A stretch of DNA of 64,000 nucleotides from Octopus bimaculoides (taxonomy: Eukaryota), in NCBI RefSeq assembly GCF_001194135.2, contig NC_068995.1:9151792-9215791 (forward strand), read 5' to 3'. The translations under genes were made by a program, and so were the position numbers. Shown in pieces: positions 40,560 through 53,460 of the stretch (its first letter is position 1; the number at the start of each line of letters is the position of its first letter). The notes under the pieces are model-generated. The model was not told where the DNA came from and searched no databases. It saw nothing but the letters and a program-made list of their open reading frames with translations.

Positions 40560-41179
40560 CATGTATCTATATATATACATATACGTATATATTTTTCTAT
40601 AGATATATATGTATAAGTATGTAAGCCTCTATATATATGTATGTATTGTCTGTATTTATGTATCGTATATCTATGGCTATGAAAGAATCTCAGCTTGTAA
40701 TCGTATTAATATACAATTATGAAGTAATCAATATTGAATACAAGCTATTATATAAATGAGTTTATTCGTATTTCTCCAACAGCGCAAGCATTATTTCAGT
40801 CGAGCAAATATTCATTGAACATCATGAGATTAGAATGTATCTTTGTCTATACGCGAATGTATGTGTATGTCTCTATGTGTCTATGTGTGTCTGTGTTTGT
40901 ATGTATATATCTGTGTGTTTGTGAGTGTGTGCATCGATTTGACAAAATATACAGGACAAATACAAGTAAATACATTAGTATACGTATATTTTTCTTTATT
41001 CCCAATCGACGGATTCACTAAAGGTTCTCAGCGGCCCACTTTTTTTAAAATGGTATTTATTCAACTCCTTTCACTGAGCAGCTTCCTGCACGAACTCTAG
41101 GCTATCGAATGACATTCGCACGAAACTGCTGCCGCTTGAGTCACTTTTGTAACTTTTTTACCGATTAATAGTAATAATC

Positions 41180-41372
41180 TTTTCCAAGGCCTAAGGTTTT
41201 AGGGGAGGGTCTAGTTAATTACATTAACACCCGTGCTCAACTGGTACGTATGTTATTGATACCGAAGGGATGAAAGATAAAGGCGACGTTGGTAGAATTT
41301 GTACCTAGAATGTAGGAAGCCGGACGAAATGTCGCAAAGCATTTAATCCGGTGAGGTACCGATTCTGCCAGC

Positions 41373-41419
<47 letters not shown>

Positions 41420-41626
41420 ATTTTATATTATAGGCACAAAGCCTGACATTTTTGGAGGAGCAAGTCAGTTACATCGACCCCAGTGCTCAAATGGTACTTA
41501 TTTTATCGATCCCGAAGGATGAAAGCAAAGTCAACCTCGCCAGAATTTGAACTCAGAATATAAGACGGACGAAATGCCGCTAAGAATTTTGTCCGGCGAA
41601 CAAACTATCCTGCTAATTCACCGCCT
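41180..41626 (-). mobile_element. Two tandem family A SINEs separated by (AAT)n
   Basis: Reverse-complement family A motifs at 41180-41373 and 41432-41626. Confidence 0.8.
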
Positions 41627-42014
41627 TACTGTTACTATTAATGTTGAGTTTATGGAAATTGTTCTACTTTCTTTGGATCACCGCTTAGACTAATTTTCCT
41701 GGACTATGGCTATCAACATTTCCTGAGTATCATCATTCAATTTTGGGAAGATATTCTCAACCAAATTTTAAAGATAAAAAAGTAAGTCGTCAGCCATTTT
41801 AAATTTGAATGACCGAAGTTGATTGTTATTACCGTAAGGTGGGCTGCGATTGGTCGAGGAAGGTCACGCGGTGTCTTCGTTTGACGTTGGTTTATGGGTA
41901 ACTGTTTGTTGGAAAATACTGCATGGCGAAAAGGAAATCGACCTCGTGGAGGACAAGAAATGCATGTGTATGTGTGTGTGTGTGTGTGTGTGTGTATGTA
42001 TATGTAAAAGTGTG

Positions 42015-42232
42015 TGTCTCTGTGTCCGTTTGTCCCTCACCACCGCTTGTGAACCGGTGTTGGTGTGTTTACGACCCTCGTAACTCAGTGGTTCAGCAAG
42101 AGAACCAGTAGAATAAGAACCAGGATTAACAAGATATAAGTACTGAGGTCGGCATATTCGACTAAGATCTCTTCAAGGCGGTGCCCCAGCATGGCCGTAG
42201 TCTAATGACTGAAACAAGTAAAAGACATAAAA
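42015..42232 (+). mobile_element. Family B SINE 3' half
   Basis: GTTTGTCCC..ACCACCGCTTG..AACCGGTGTTGGTG...CCAGCATGGCCGTAGTC...GACTGAAACAAGTAAAAG. Confidence 0.8.
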
Positions 42233-42509
42233 GAATAATAATACGACTCGTTCTTCTGTCCTATTATCAGCATCTCTTTGTTTTCCTGTGGCGAGGAAAT
42301 TATATATTCCGATATAAGTCTTTCCAAAAGCTTTGTAAAAAGGGTTTATAAATTAATGGGAGCTCAGCTCTGTCCTAGTTTCATCAAATTGCCTTTTCTT
42401 TAATGGTAGTGGTGGTGATGTTGGTGGAACCTGGAAAAACAAAAACATCGACAGATTGAAATTTTTGATTTCAACAGCAACAGAACCGGTTCTTTTTTTT
42501 TTAACTTAC

Positions 42510-43510
42510 CTACCTTCTCTCTCTCCCCCCGCTTCTCTCTCGCTCTCTCCCTCCGCTTCTCTCTCTCTCTCTCTGTCCCTCCGCTTCTCTCTGTCTCCTA
42601 CCGCTTCTCTCTTACTCTCTCTGCATTCCTGTCTCTCTCTCTCTCACTTCTTTTCTCTCTCTCTCTCTTTCTCTCTCCTTGCTCTTCTATCTCTCTCTGG
42701 ACACCTGTCTCTCTCTCTCCTTTCGCTTTCTTCTCTCTCTCCCTCATTCTCTCACCATTTCTCTCTCGTCCCCGTTTCTTCTCTCTCTCCCTATCCCTCT
42801 TTCTCTATCCTTATTCCTCTCTATCTTCCTCCTCCTCTTCTCCATCTCTTCCACTTTCCCTCCCTCTCATATTTTTCTCTCACCCCGCAACTCTTTCCCT
42901 TTCACTCTTTTCTATCTCTTTCTCTGTCTCTTCTTCCCCTCCTTTTTCTCTCGCTGCCCCTTTTCATCTCTCTATGAATCTCCTTACCCTCTCCCTCGCT
43001 AGCACTCCTACTTCTGTCCCTCTCTCCCTCCTTAAATCTTCCCCTTCCTCTCTCCCTCTCTCTCCATCACTCTTTCCCATCCTCTCCCTCTCTCTCTCCC
43101 TCACTCTTTCCTTTCTACTCTCTCACTTTCCCTCACTCTTTCCCTTCCTCTCTCTCCCTTTCTCTGTCCCTCACGCTTTCCTTTACTCTCTCCTTCCTCC
43201 ATCTCCCTCTATCTCTCCCTCCCTCCCTCTCTCTCTCTCCTATCCCTCCCTCTCTCTCCCTCCTTCTCTCCCTCTCCCTCTCTCTCCCTTATATTCTACT
43301 CTCTTTTAATTACATTTCTCATTCAAACAATCAATAAAGTAGACATTCTGATTAAACAATTTCTTTTTATTTCTTCGATTCCGCCATTGTTCACCCTTCC
43401 TATCTTCCTTTCTTCTTTTCTCCCTTTTCTTTCTCTTTCATTCTTTGTCTTTCTTTTCTTCCTTCTTCCTTCGATTTCTATCTTTCTTTTCATCTTTCTC
43501 TATACCTTTT
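42510..43510. repeat. About 1 kb polypyrimidine (CT-rich) low-complexity tract
   Basis: Direct reading; followed by (TTC)n(TTA)n at 43640-43770. Confidence 0.9.
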
Positions 43511-43651
43511 TTCCTTCATTATCTTTCAAAATTTCTTTTCGTGTCTTCGGTTTTCATTTGACTTAATGTTTTGATTTTCATCTTCATCTTCTTATTTTAC
43601 TTATTAATTTTATATTATATTTTTATTTATCATTTCTATATTCTTCTTCTT

Positions 43652-43755
<104 letters not shown>

Positions 43756-45194
43756 CATCATCATTATTATTATTAACATCATTATTGTTCTCGTTATTAT
43801 TATTATTATGACATTCTTTTAGGTAGCCNNNNNNNNNNNNNNNNNNNNNNNNNNNNNNNNNNNNNNNNNNNNNNNNNNNNNNNNNNNNNNNNNNNNNNNN
43901 NNNNNNNNNNNNNNNNNNNNNNNNNNNNNNNNNNNNNNNNNNNNNNNNNNNNNNNNNNNNNNNNNNNNNNNNNNNNNNNNNNNNNNNNNNNNNNNNNNNN
44001 NNNNNNNNNNNNNNNNNNNNNNNNNNNNNNNNNNNNNNNNNNNNNNNNNNNNNNNNNNNNNNNNNNNNNNNNNNNNNNNNNNNNNNNNNNNNNNNNNNNN
44101 NNNNNNNNNNNNNNNNNNNNNNNNNNNNNNNNNNNNNNNNNNNNNNNNNNNNNNNNNNNNNNNNNNNNNNNNNNNNNNNNNNNNNNNNNNNNNNNNNNNN
44201 NNNNNNNNNNNNNNNNNNNNNNNNNNNNNNNNNNNNNNNNNNNNNNNNNNNNNNNNNNNNNNNNNNNNNNNNNNNNNNNNNNNNNNNNNNNNNNNNNNNN
44301 NNNNNNNNNNNNNNNNNNNNNNNNNNNNNNNNNNNNNNNNNNNNNNNNNNNNNNNNNNNNNNNNNNNNNNNNNNNNNNNNNNNNNNNNNNNNNNNNNNNN
44401 NNNNNNNNNNATATATATATATATCAACAGACTTTAATAGAATAGAGGGCAGAAAAATTGAAAGGAGAAAGAAAAAATAACATTACAAATAGTAGAGAAA
44501 CAAAGAACTCAACTTGACATGAAAGAAAACGTTGCGTGTGTGTATGTATATTATTCATATATATACATATATAAACACAGACATACATATATATATATAT
44601 ATATATTTATGTTTGCATGTATATGTATGTGTGTGTATATGTATATATATATATATACATGTGTCCACAATTCACTCAAAATTGGAGCAAAAAATACAAT
44701 TGGGAAACAATCAGACTTGAGTAAGACAAAGGACTGGAAACCACTTTGTATGTCTATATATATTTGTAAGCATACATATATATGTATGTGTATAACTATA
44801 CCTATGTTTACGTATGATATCTATATGCGCACACGTACTGATGTATTATCTGTACGTATACAATATGTGCCTAGATTGATGTTTTTTCCTTTCCATAATA
44901 ATGTTCTCTTTCGGATTACTCTCACTGTATGTGTCGGATTATGAGTTAAATAGACAATTATATATTGTTTAAAAGCATGTTCTCTTAAGTGCAGAATAAA
45001 AGCTAATCGACTGGGGATTTTTTTTTTTTTTTATATTCATGCAACATTTTTCTTGAGATTGTTCTTTTCGTAAAAAGAGAGCTGTATTGTCGTACAACGA
45101 GGAAAATCGTTCGGATTAAAATGCCTTGCAATGTGTGTATAAACTTCTGTTCTGTTTCGATCTGCTTTTCAACGTTGCTGGAAAGACAACATAC

Positions 45195-45219
45195 CAGTTA
45201 AATGCTTCGGTCGTTGATC
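45195..45219 (-). CDS. Candidate 25-nt exon (G-STTEAFN-C, phase 1 to 2)
   Basis: Acceptor atttctgtcatag|, donor CTG|GTATGT; phase-compatible with the chain. Confidence 0.3.
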
Positions 45220-45282
45220 CTATGACAGAAATATTTATATTTTTCATTTATTTGTATTTCGAATTCTGATTTTCAAATGAAA

Positions 45283-45945
45283 GTAGGCGTCGAGGTCACA
45301 GAATCGTTAGCGCGTTGGAGAAAATGTTCAGTAGCATTTCTTTCGGATCTAAATGGCCAGAGTTCAAATTTTGCCAAGTTCTGCGTTGCATTTTATTCTT
45401 CAGGCTCCATGAAATGTTACCAGTTGAGCACTGGATTTCATGTAATTCAGTAGCCCTCTCACCCAAAACTTCCTGTTCTGTGCTTATTGTGGAAAGAATT
45501 ATTATTATTATCATTATAAGTAAGACGGCGAGCTGGCTGAATCATTAGCACGCTGGACGGAATGCTTAGCGATATTTCGCCCTCCGCTACATTCTGGGTT
45601 CAAATTTCGCTAAGGTCGACTTTTCCTTTTGTCCTTTCGGGGTCAATAAACAGAGTACCAGTGAAACACTGCGGTCGACATAATCGACTAACTCCTCCCC
45701 CCAAATTTCAAGCCTTGGGCCCATAATAGAAATGATTATTATTATTAATAAGGCAGCGAGAATAACAGCGCGCCGTAGAAATAAGTTAGCGACATATACT
45801 TCCGGCGCTTTATGTTCTGAGTTCGATTTTCGTCGGTGTTATCTTTGACTGCCATCCTTTCGTATTCGACAAAATAAATACCAGTCATGCGCCAAATTCA
45901 ATATAATCTATTTTAGTATTCTTCGAAAAATTGCTGGTTCTGTGC
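45283..45945 (+). mobile_element. Three head-to-tail family A SINEs
   Basis: Copies at about 45283, 45526 and 45750, each preceded by short (TTA)n. Confidence 0.8.
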
Positions 45946-47950
45946 CAATTTTTTTTTTTTAATATTTTCAAATAAAGAATTTCCATTTCGGTAGAATCAG
46001 CAAGTCTTTAAATTATCCTTGAATGTACTAAATTACCTTATGATGGATTTGTCTTATGTTATAAGTTCAAACTTCGCTGATGTCTGTTTGTATTTTACTC
46101 CTTGTCGGATCTGTAAAATAGTTGCCAGTCAAGTAAAAAGTGTCTTTAAGCAGCTGAATTTTGTAACCATATACTTGGCATTTGTCCATTGCATGTATAT
46201 TGTTTTGTGCTTGAGTAGGCGTCTGTTTTGTTTTTTTGCAGCTGTAGATAACTTTTAGGTTTTTCATGTTGAATATTTTGTGGTCTTTATACTTGGTTGT
46301 GGTGTGATTGCTGGTTAGTAATACGAAGGTACATAAGGGTAGTTCTGAAAAGTTCCTCTCTTTGTGTGAGCGTGTGTGTGTAAATGTGTATATTACATAT
46401 AAACATCCACATATATATATANNNNNNNNNNNNNNNNNNNNNNNNNNNNNNNNNNNNNNNNNNNNNNNNNNNNNNNNNNNNNNNNNNNNNNNNNNNNNNN
46501 NNNNNNNNNNNNNNNNNNNNNNNNNNNNNNNNNNNNNNNNNNNNNNNNNNNNNNNNNNNNNNNTATATTTGTGGATGTATGTATATGTATATATTCAATT
46601 TCGTTCAATAATTGAGATTAACGTATCACTAAATATCACTGAAATGTCGATTGTTTTTTATTTACTTCTTTGATTAATGTTTTTTTAATCTTCAACACTT
46701 CAACTTGTTTCTTTACATTAAAGATTTCCATTATATTTTCGATGTGCTTCCACAGTTAAAGACGTCGCATACTCAACATTCAAAATTGTTACATTTTTGA
46801 CATACGTTTTGATTATATCTCCGATGTCGTCCCATCATTAAGCATACCGAAAGATTAACTTTGGATCCTTACAGTTTATGTTAAATATTATGATTGTATC
46901 CTTCATTTCCTTCCATAGTTACTTTCTTGTAAAGCATTATAACCGACTACAATTCGTGAGAAACATAGTAACAGTGCAGATGGTTATAATTTATAAACCG
47001 GTAGATCATCGAAAAGAAATTATTTACAGCATTTATGTAGTTTCAATGAACATTCATTGGTTAAATTTTCATCTGCCTCAAAATTATCTTTTATATTTCT
47101 GGGGGTCGACAATATAGCGACGAAGTCTCATCACGTGAATTAATATCAATGTCTGAACTTAGAAGAAAATATATGGTCTTTGTCCTTGAATGCAAACCAA
47201 AATTATTACAGAAACGAAATTAGAATATTGGTAAGATCCAGACGAGATAAACTTTGAAAATTGGTTGAAACGTTGACGTGATTAATGTTCTTAGGTGCAG
47301 TCTGTTGTCAGACATTATTTAATGGAGAACCAGAATAAATTAGACCATTTTATGTTGTTGTCTTCTATTTGCTGAGTTAAAACTCTCGTCTAACTATCGT
47401 CTGTTCTATTTTGTTTTTTGTCAGTACAGGTCAAAAGAATTTATAACAGATACGTTCTAAGTTTTCTTCTCTATCGAATACACTTCCACCTTTATTCCCC
47501 TCTGTCTACCAACTTATACGTGTGTTCATCTTTGTACGCGTGTCTGTGTTTGTGTATCTATGTGTATTTGCATCAAAGGCTTTTTCTTCTTTATTTAAGA
47601 CCGTCGGTGTATTTGCACTTGAAAGAATCCTACTTAAGACACAGACATGGGTCGGGTTTTCGTAGAAAACTAGCCTCTTGCTCACCATCAAAGTGTATCA
47701 TCTCTATCGTTTATTTAAAAGTGTGACAACAACGAATAACTTTGTCGTTTGTGACATCGCAGCCTTTGACGACCTGCACACATATAAACGGACACATATG
47801 AAAATAATCCATTATATATATATGTGTATATANNNNNNNNNNNNNNNNNNNNNNNNNNNNNNNNNNNNNNNNNNNNNNNNNNNNNNNNNNNNNNNNNNNN
47901 NNNNNNNNNNNNNNNNNNNNNNNNNNNNNNNNNNNNNNNNNTATATATAC

Positions 47951-47981
<31 letters not shown>

Positions 47982-48334
47982 CATATATATATACATATAT
48001 ACATATATATGTGTGTGTGAGTGTGTGCGTATCTGTGTGTCTGTGTGTCTGTTTGTGTATGTGTCTGTGTTCGTGTGTATGTGTGTCTGTGTCTGTGTGA
48101 GTATGTATAAATGTTTGCTTTTTTTATGTCCAGTTACAACGTAAAGCAATTTTACATTCATGTGATGGGTCATTCTATAATTAGGTAGAGTACAATTTTA
48201 TTATTCTGAAACAAGAATGTCAGTGACAGTGATTTCAAATCACTAGCCACCCTTGATAGCTAAGCATCACTGATCTCGATTAATGGGACCGCCTTAAATC
48301 ATTGAAATTTTATCCTCTCCAGGGCCGTTGTGAG

Positions 48335-48725
48335 TGATACATCATTTGCGTGGAATGAAGATTATACTACCAACATTGCTCAGACGACCTCAATATTCGC
48401 TTCAAAATTCATCCGAGGCTAGGACCATGGGTCATACCTCCATACCCAATTCAGGATCACAACACAAATACACTGCCCTGCCCTATTTAACATTGTCCCG
48501 AAAGAGATCAAAGAGGAAAAGTATACCATCACATTTAAACGGGATCTGGACAAATTTCTTCAAGGAGTACCAGGTAAACCACCTATACCTGGATACAGCT
48601 CACTCAGCAAGAACTCCCTACTTGGATGGACCATGATACCAGAAAACGATTTAACTAATCCTATCAGGAGGCGCTATTAAGTTAGACATCGCCTGGACCA
48701 CACTTTGGTCGAAACATCTAAATTA
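48335..48725 (+). mobile_element. CR1/L2-type LINE 3' end
   Basis: Frameshifted translation ...FKIHPRLGP...PALFNIVPKEIKEEKYTITFKRDLDKFLQGVPGKPPIPGY...NSLLGW resembles the CR1/L2 ORF2 C-terminus; 3' stem-loop GACCA cactt TGGTC followed by an AT tail. Confidence 0.8.
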
Positions 48726-48734
48726 TATATGTAT

Positions 48735-48771
<37 letters not shown>

Positions 48772-48947
48772 NNNNNNNNNNNNNNNNNNNNNNNNNNNNN
48801 NNNNNNNNNNNNNNNNNNNNNNNNNNNNNNNNNNNNNNTATGTATGTATATGCACACACACATATGTATATCTATACACACACACATATATATATGTAAA
48901 GATAAATATATGTGCGTGTATATATATTTATATATACATAGAGAGAA

Positions 48948-48989
<42 letters not shown>

Positions 48990-49004
48990 GAATAGCTAGC
49001 TTGC

Positions 49005-49066
<62 letters not shown>

Positions 49067-49736
49067 CACGTAAATATGAAGGCTGATAATGGTAGATGTA
49101 TGTTTGATGTAATTGTCCATCTGAACGGTTTTTATTTTGCATGAATGCTTTGATTTGTTATTCATTAAAAACTAGAATGTTTAATAATTTTTTAAGTGAT
49201 TCTAATTTCTGGAGATTGTGTCGCACATAAAAGTAAATATATATATATACATAAAAGTAAATATATATTTACATACATATTTGTGTCTGTGTGAGTATGT
49301 GTGTGTATGCGTGCCTGCGTCCGTGTGTGTATGTGTATCTGTGCGTGTGTGTGTGTGTGTTGATATAGGTACTTATATCTATGCACAAAGATACACACAC
49401 ATTAGTCGAAAGACATTTCTTGTTATTCTGTTGTCGTCTGTTTAGTCGCACACATTCGCTTGCTTTCTTACAAAAATTTAATGCTCTTGGCTTAGATTTT
49501 GGGGGCCAGTCAATTTTCAAGTCTCAAGTTTAACAGGCCGAAACTGTAATGATAATTTGGAAACTTAACTGATGAATGGAAGGCTACAGACGATCCGTTC
49601 TTGTTTTTTCCTGTCCATTTTTGTATCACCTTTCTGTCCGTATGTTTTATTGTTGTCTGTTACGTTCTCATTCCATTTGGGGATTTGTATATACCCTGGC
49701 ATTGCCCGGGTGTTATGACCTAAGGGCACGTTTTAC

Positions 49737-49815
49737 CTTTGTTATGGGCCGAATCGACACGCGAGAAGTATGAATCAGACAGCTCTTCTTTATCAACATG
49801 TTTTTCAGTCATTTT
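49737..49815 (-). CDS. Candidate coding exon (KMTEKHVDKEELSDSYFSRVDSAHNK, phase 0 to 1)
   Basis: 79 nt open frame; acceptor ttgttcatcag| is moderate, donor AAG|GTAAAA; phase fits both neighbouring candidates. Confidence 0.3.
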
Positions 49816-49985
49816 CTGATGAACAACGCTGCAGCTTCTGTCAACCAAATTGATACAAATATGTTACATGCATACATAAAGTAATGTCGCACTCGAAATA
49901 TTGTGTGCAGGTAGTCATGTTGGTATTTGCCCTCTTGGGTATGGAATGGTTCCCCAATCAGCAAGTAACCAATTACCAATTAGTC

Positions 49986-50021
<36 letters not shown>

Positions 50022-50174
50022 TTGGCAACTTGACCATCCCCAAATACAACAATATATATGTAGTTACATATATATGTGTGTGTGTGTATGTACTAAATGC
50101 TTGTAATATATGTGTATATATGTATATATATATACATACCTAAATATTTGTGCGTATATATTAATATATCTATA

Positions 50175-50208
<34 letters not shown>

Positions 50209-50995
50209 NNNNNNNNNNNNNNNNNNNNNNNNNNNNNNNNNNNNNNNNNNNNNNNNNNNNNNNNNNNNNNNNNNNNNNNNNNNNNNNNNNNNNNNNNNNN
50301 NNNNNNNNNNNNNNNNNNNNNNNNNNNNNNNNNNNNNNNNNNNNNNNNNNNNNNNNNNNNNNNNNNNNNNNNNNNNNNNNNNNNNNNNNNNNNNNNNNNN
50401 NNNNNNNNNNNNNNNNNNNNNNNNNNNNNNNNNNNNNNNNNNNNNNNNNNNNNNNNNNNNNNNNNNNNNNNNNNNNNNNNNNNNNNNNNNNNNNNNNNNN
50501 NNNNNNNNNNNNNNNNNNNNNNNNNNNNNNNNNNNNNNNNNNNNNNNNNNNNNNNNNNNNNNNNNNNNNNNNNNNNNNNNNNNNNNNNNNNNNNNNNNNN
50601 NNNNNNNNNNNNNNNNNNNNNNNNNNNNNNNNNNNNNNNNNNNNNNNNNNNNNNNNNNNNNNNNNNNNNNNNNNNNNNNNNNNNNNNNNNNNNNNNNNNN
50701 NNNNNNNNNNNNNNNNNNNNNNNNNNNNNNNNNNNNNNNNNNNNNNNNNNNNNNNNNNNNNNNNNNNNNNNNNNNNNNNNNNNNNNNNNNNNNNNNNNNN
50801 NNNNNNNNNNNNNNNNNNNNNNNNNNNNNNNNNNNNNNNNNNNNNNNNNNNNNNNNNNNNNNNNNNNNNNNNNNNNNNNNNNNNNNNNNNNNNNNNNNNN
50901 NNNNNNNNNNNNNNNTATATATATATATATGTATGTATGTATGTATGTATAACCTCATATATACGTACATAGACTTAAAAACTTATATATATACC

Positions 50996-51032
<37 letters not shown>

Positions 51033-51034
<2 letters not shown>

Positions 51035-51200
51035 CGCAGGAGTGGCTGTGTGGTAAGTAGCTTGTCTACCAACCACATGGTTCCGGTTTCAGTCCCACTG
51101 CGTGGCACCTTGGGCAAGTGTCTTCTACTATAGCCTCGGGCCGACCAAAACCTTGTGAGTGGATTTGGTAGACGGAAACTGAAAGAAGCCCGTCGTATAT
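51033..51200 (+). mobile_element. Young-looking family B SINE 5' half
   Basis: GGCGCAGGAGTGGCTGTGTGGTAAG...GGTTTCAGTCCCACTGCGTGGCACCTTGGGCAAGTG; broken at the internal (TA)n. Confidence 0.85.
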
Positions 51201-51693
51201 ATGTATGTATATATGTAGATATATATATATATATATATGTATAGTATGTCTGTTTTCATTGCTGATCTTTTTGTCCCCTTATATTCTTATATTCAATTTA
51301 CACGTGTTGCTTGTTATTATAAACGTTGCTATAGGTCAGTGATCTTCAGTCTGTGCTATTATCAACGCTATTCCTTGACGACCTTCCTGTGATTCTTATA
51401 CACCAAGGCCTACTGGATAAAGCAGTAGTTGGCATTCGTCTCTATAGAGAGACCAAAGAAAACTTTTTTGTCCGTATCGGTTAGAGATGAAGTGAACTCA
51501 CAAGGGTATAAACATCTGTTATACGGGGGATCTATGTTTTGCCGTATCTCATCCATCACACCCACTGGCTCAGAAGAATAAAGAGCATGTACTTTTGAAC
51601 ACTCTGGAGATTCGTAGCCTAGAATGTAATATTCGGCTCCTGATAATAAGATCGTGCGTTCAATAGAACGAGAAGTAGTTTTCCTTGAACAAG

Positions 51694-51745
<52 letters not shown>

Positions 51746-52249
51746 ATATATCTATATGAAACTACACGTGAACTTCTGTCAATTTTTTCCTTCTTTTTCC
51801 TGTCTTTGGACTTCCTTATGTTTCTTGTTTCCGAAGATCATACTCGAAACGTAAAATAACCACTCTTTTCCTTCTTTGAGCGTTTTATTAATACTTTGCA
51901 TGTACTACGTCCTCACGTTGATGTGTTTTTCTCTTGTTGCCTTTTCTCTTTTTAATTAAAGAAGTGGCTGTATGGTAAGTAGCTTGCTTACCAACCACAT
52001 GGTCTCTATCTGACCAGCGCGTCAATGCTTGAATCAGATTTGGAAAGACAGAGGTGTTTACAACCCCTTAAGAATTAATGGAAGAATACTCCTAGTCCAG
52101 GTTCAGTACGGAACCAAAACACCTGATTCTTTCCAATCCGTAAAAGTCAGCGCCGAAATGTTGTACGATTGAACTTACAAAAAGGAAGATACGATTTTAA
52201 GGAATTTTGGTTATTTGTCTTCCTCTTTCGTCGTTGTCTTCTGTCGTCC

Positions 52250-52473
52250 ACTTCACTCTTCTTCTTCTTCTTCTTCTTTTTCTTCTTCTTCTTCTTCTTC
52301 TTCTTCTTTTTCTTCTTCTTCTTCTTTTTCTTCTTCTTCTTCTTCTTCTTCTTCTTCTTCTTCTTCTTCTTCTTCTTCTTCTCCCCCTCCTCCTCCTCCT
52401 CCTTCTTCTTCTTCCCCTCCTCCTCCGCTTACTCTTACTAATACTATTATTACCACCACCACCACCACCACGT

Positions 52474-52508
<35 letters not shown>

Positions 52509-52822
52509 GCTACTGCTACTGCTGCTGCTGCTGCTGTTGCATCTGCCCCTGTTGCTACTACTACTTATATTTCTTCTGTTTCTTCTCCCGCACCTCCTCC
52601 TCCTCCTCCTCCTCCTAATACTATTGCTACTACTTCTACTCTACTAGTACTACCACTACTGCTGCTGCTGCTGCTGCTACCACTACCACTACCATCACTC
52701 TTACTTCTCCTACTACTTATATTTCTTTTCCTCTTCTTTCCACTCTTCCAGCAACGTCGCCTTCTTCATCGTCTTATCTCCTCCTCTCAATTCTTCTACT
52801 ACATCTATTACAACAACAACAC

Positions 52823-52870
<48 letters not shown>

Positions 52871-52915
52871 TTACTACTACCACTACTACTACTACCACTA
52901 CTACTATTTTTTTTC
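52250..52915. repeat. Mosaic of trinucleotide microsatellites (CTT, CCT, CAC, CTA, CTG)
   Basis: Direct reading; it accounts for ORFs 52169-53021. Confidence 0.9.
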
Positions 52916-52925
52916 TTCTTCATAC

Positions 52926-52955
52926 CTGATGACGAAAAACACCGGTGGCCATCAT
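52926..52955 (-). CDS. Candidate first coding exon of a hypothetical minus-strand gene (MMATGVFRHQ, phase 0)
   Basis: ATGATG at 52955-52950 with an in-frame TGA 9 nt upstream; donor CAG|GTATGA at 52925; promoter-like motifs lie upstream. No homology recognised. Confidence 0.4.
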
Positions 52956-53039
52956 GAATCTTCAAACCCTTCTGGCCCTTTCATACAATTTAACGCGGCA
53001 CCTTCAGTAACCATTTGGTAAAACCCTTGAGCGCCTTTT

Positions 53040-53460
53040 TTCCCCCTGTGTCTTCTATATATACCTTCTTCTATTTTTCATTTTTCCACTTATCACAAAA
53101 TATACAAAACTAAATATTCGGTTGCTATGTCTAGCAAATCGATCGACCACATATAGTAGGCTTTTATCGTTGATTCCTGTGGATATATTTCATTCGGGTT
53201 GCGTGATAACATGATATACGCTATATTTTATAATTTCCTCATCTCACATCACCACCTCTTCCACTTCCGCCATTTTGAAATCAACAACAATAATTCCTTT
53301 GCTACGATGTCTACTGCCTGCCTTTTTCCTGGTTCTGACGTTATCAGCCTACTCAATGTTCCGTCTGTTTTATCTTCCCTCGCGATAAATGGCTGGTGCA
53401 TCAGTAAAAAACACAATATACCACGTGGTACGAGGTTTTTGTGTGTCATATTTATACAGT
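53040..53460 (-). promoter_or_regulatory. Candidate promoter / 5' UTR of the minus-strand gene
   Basis: TATAAATA (minus strand, 53449-53456), palindromic E-box TACCACGTGGTA (53419-53430), YY1-type AAAATGGCGG (53267-53276); non-repetitive island upstream of the candidate start exon. Confidence 0.35.

Noticed and set aside
42240-42440. Strong minus-strand acceptor (gtttttgtttttccag) as an exon of the gene model
   Set aside because: All three frames hit stops and there is no good GT donor.
48690-48720. Stem-loop followed by GAAAC as a possible hammerhead
   Set aside because: No CUGANGA core; better explained as the LINE 3' stem-loop.
52207-53021. 268-aa S/T/P/Y-rich ORF and overlapping ORFs
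   Set aside because: They derive from the trinucleotide mosaic and are open by construction.
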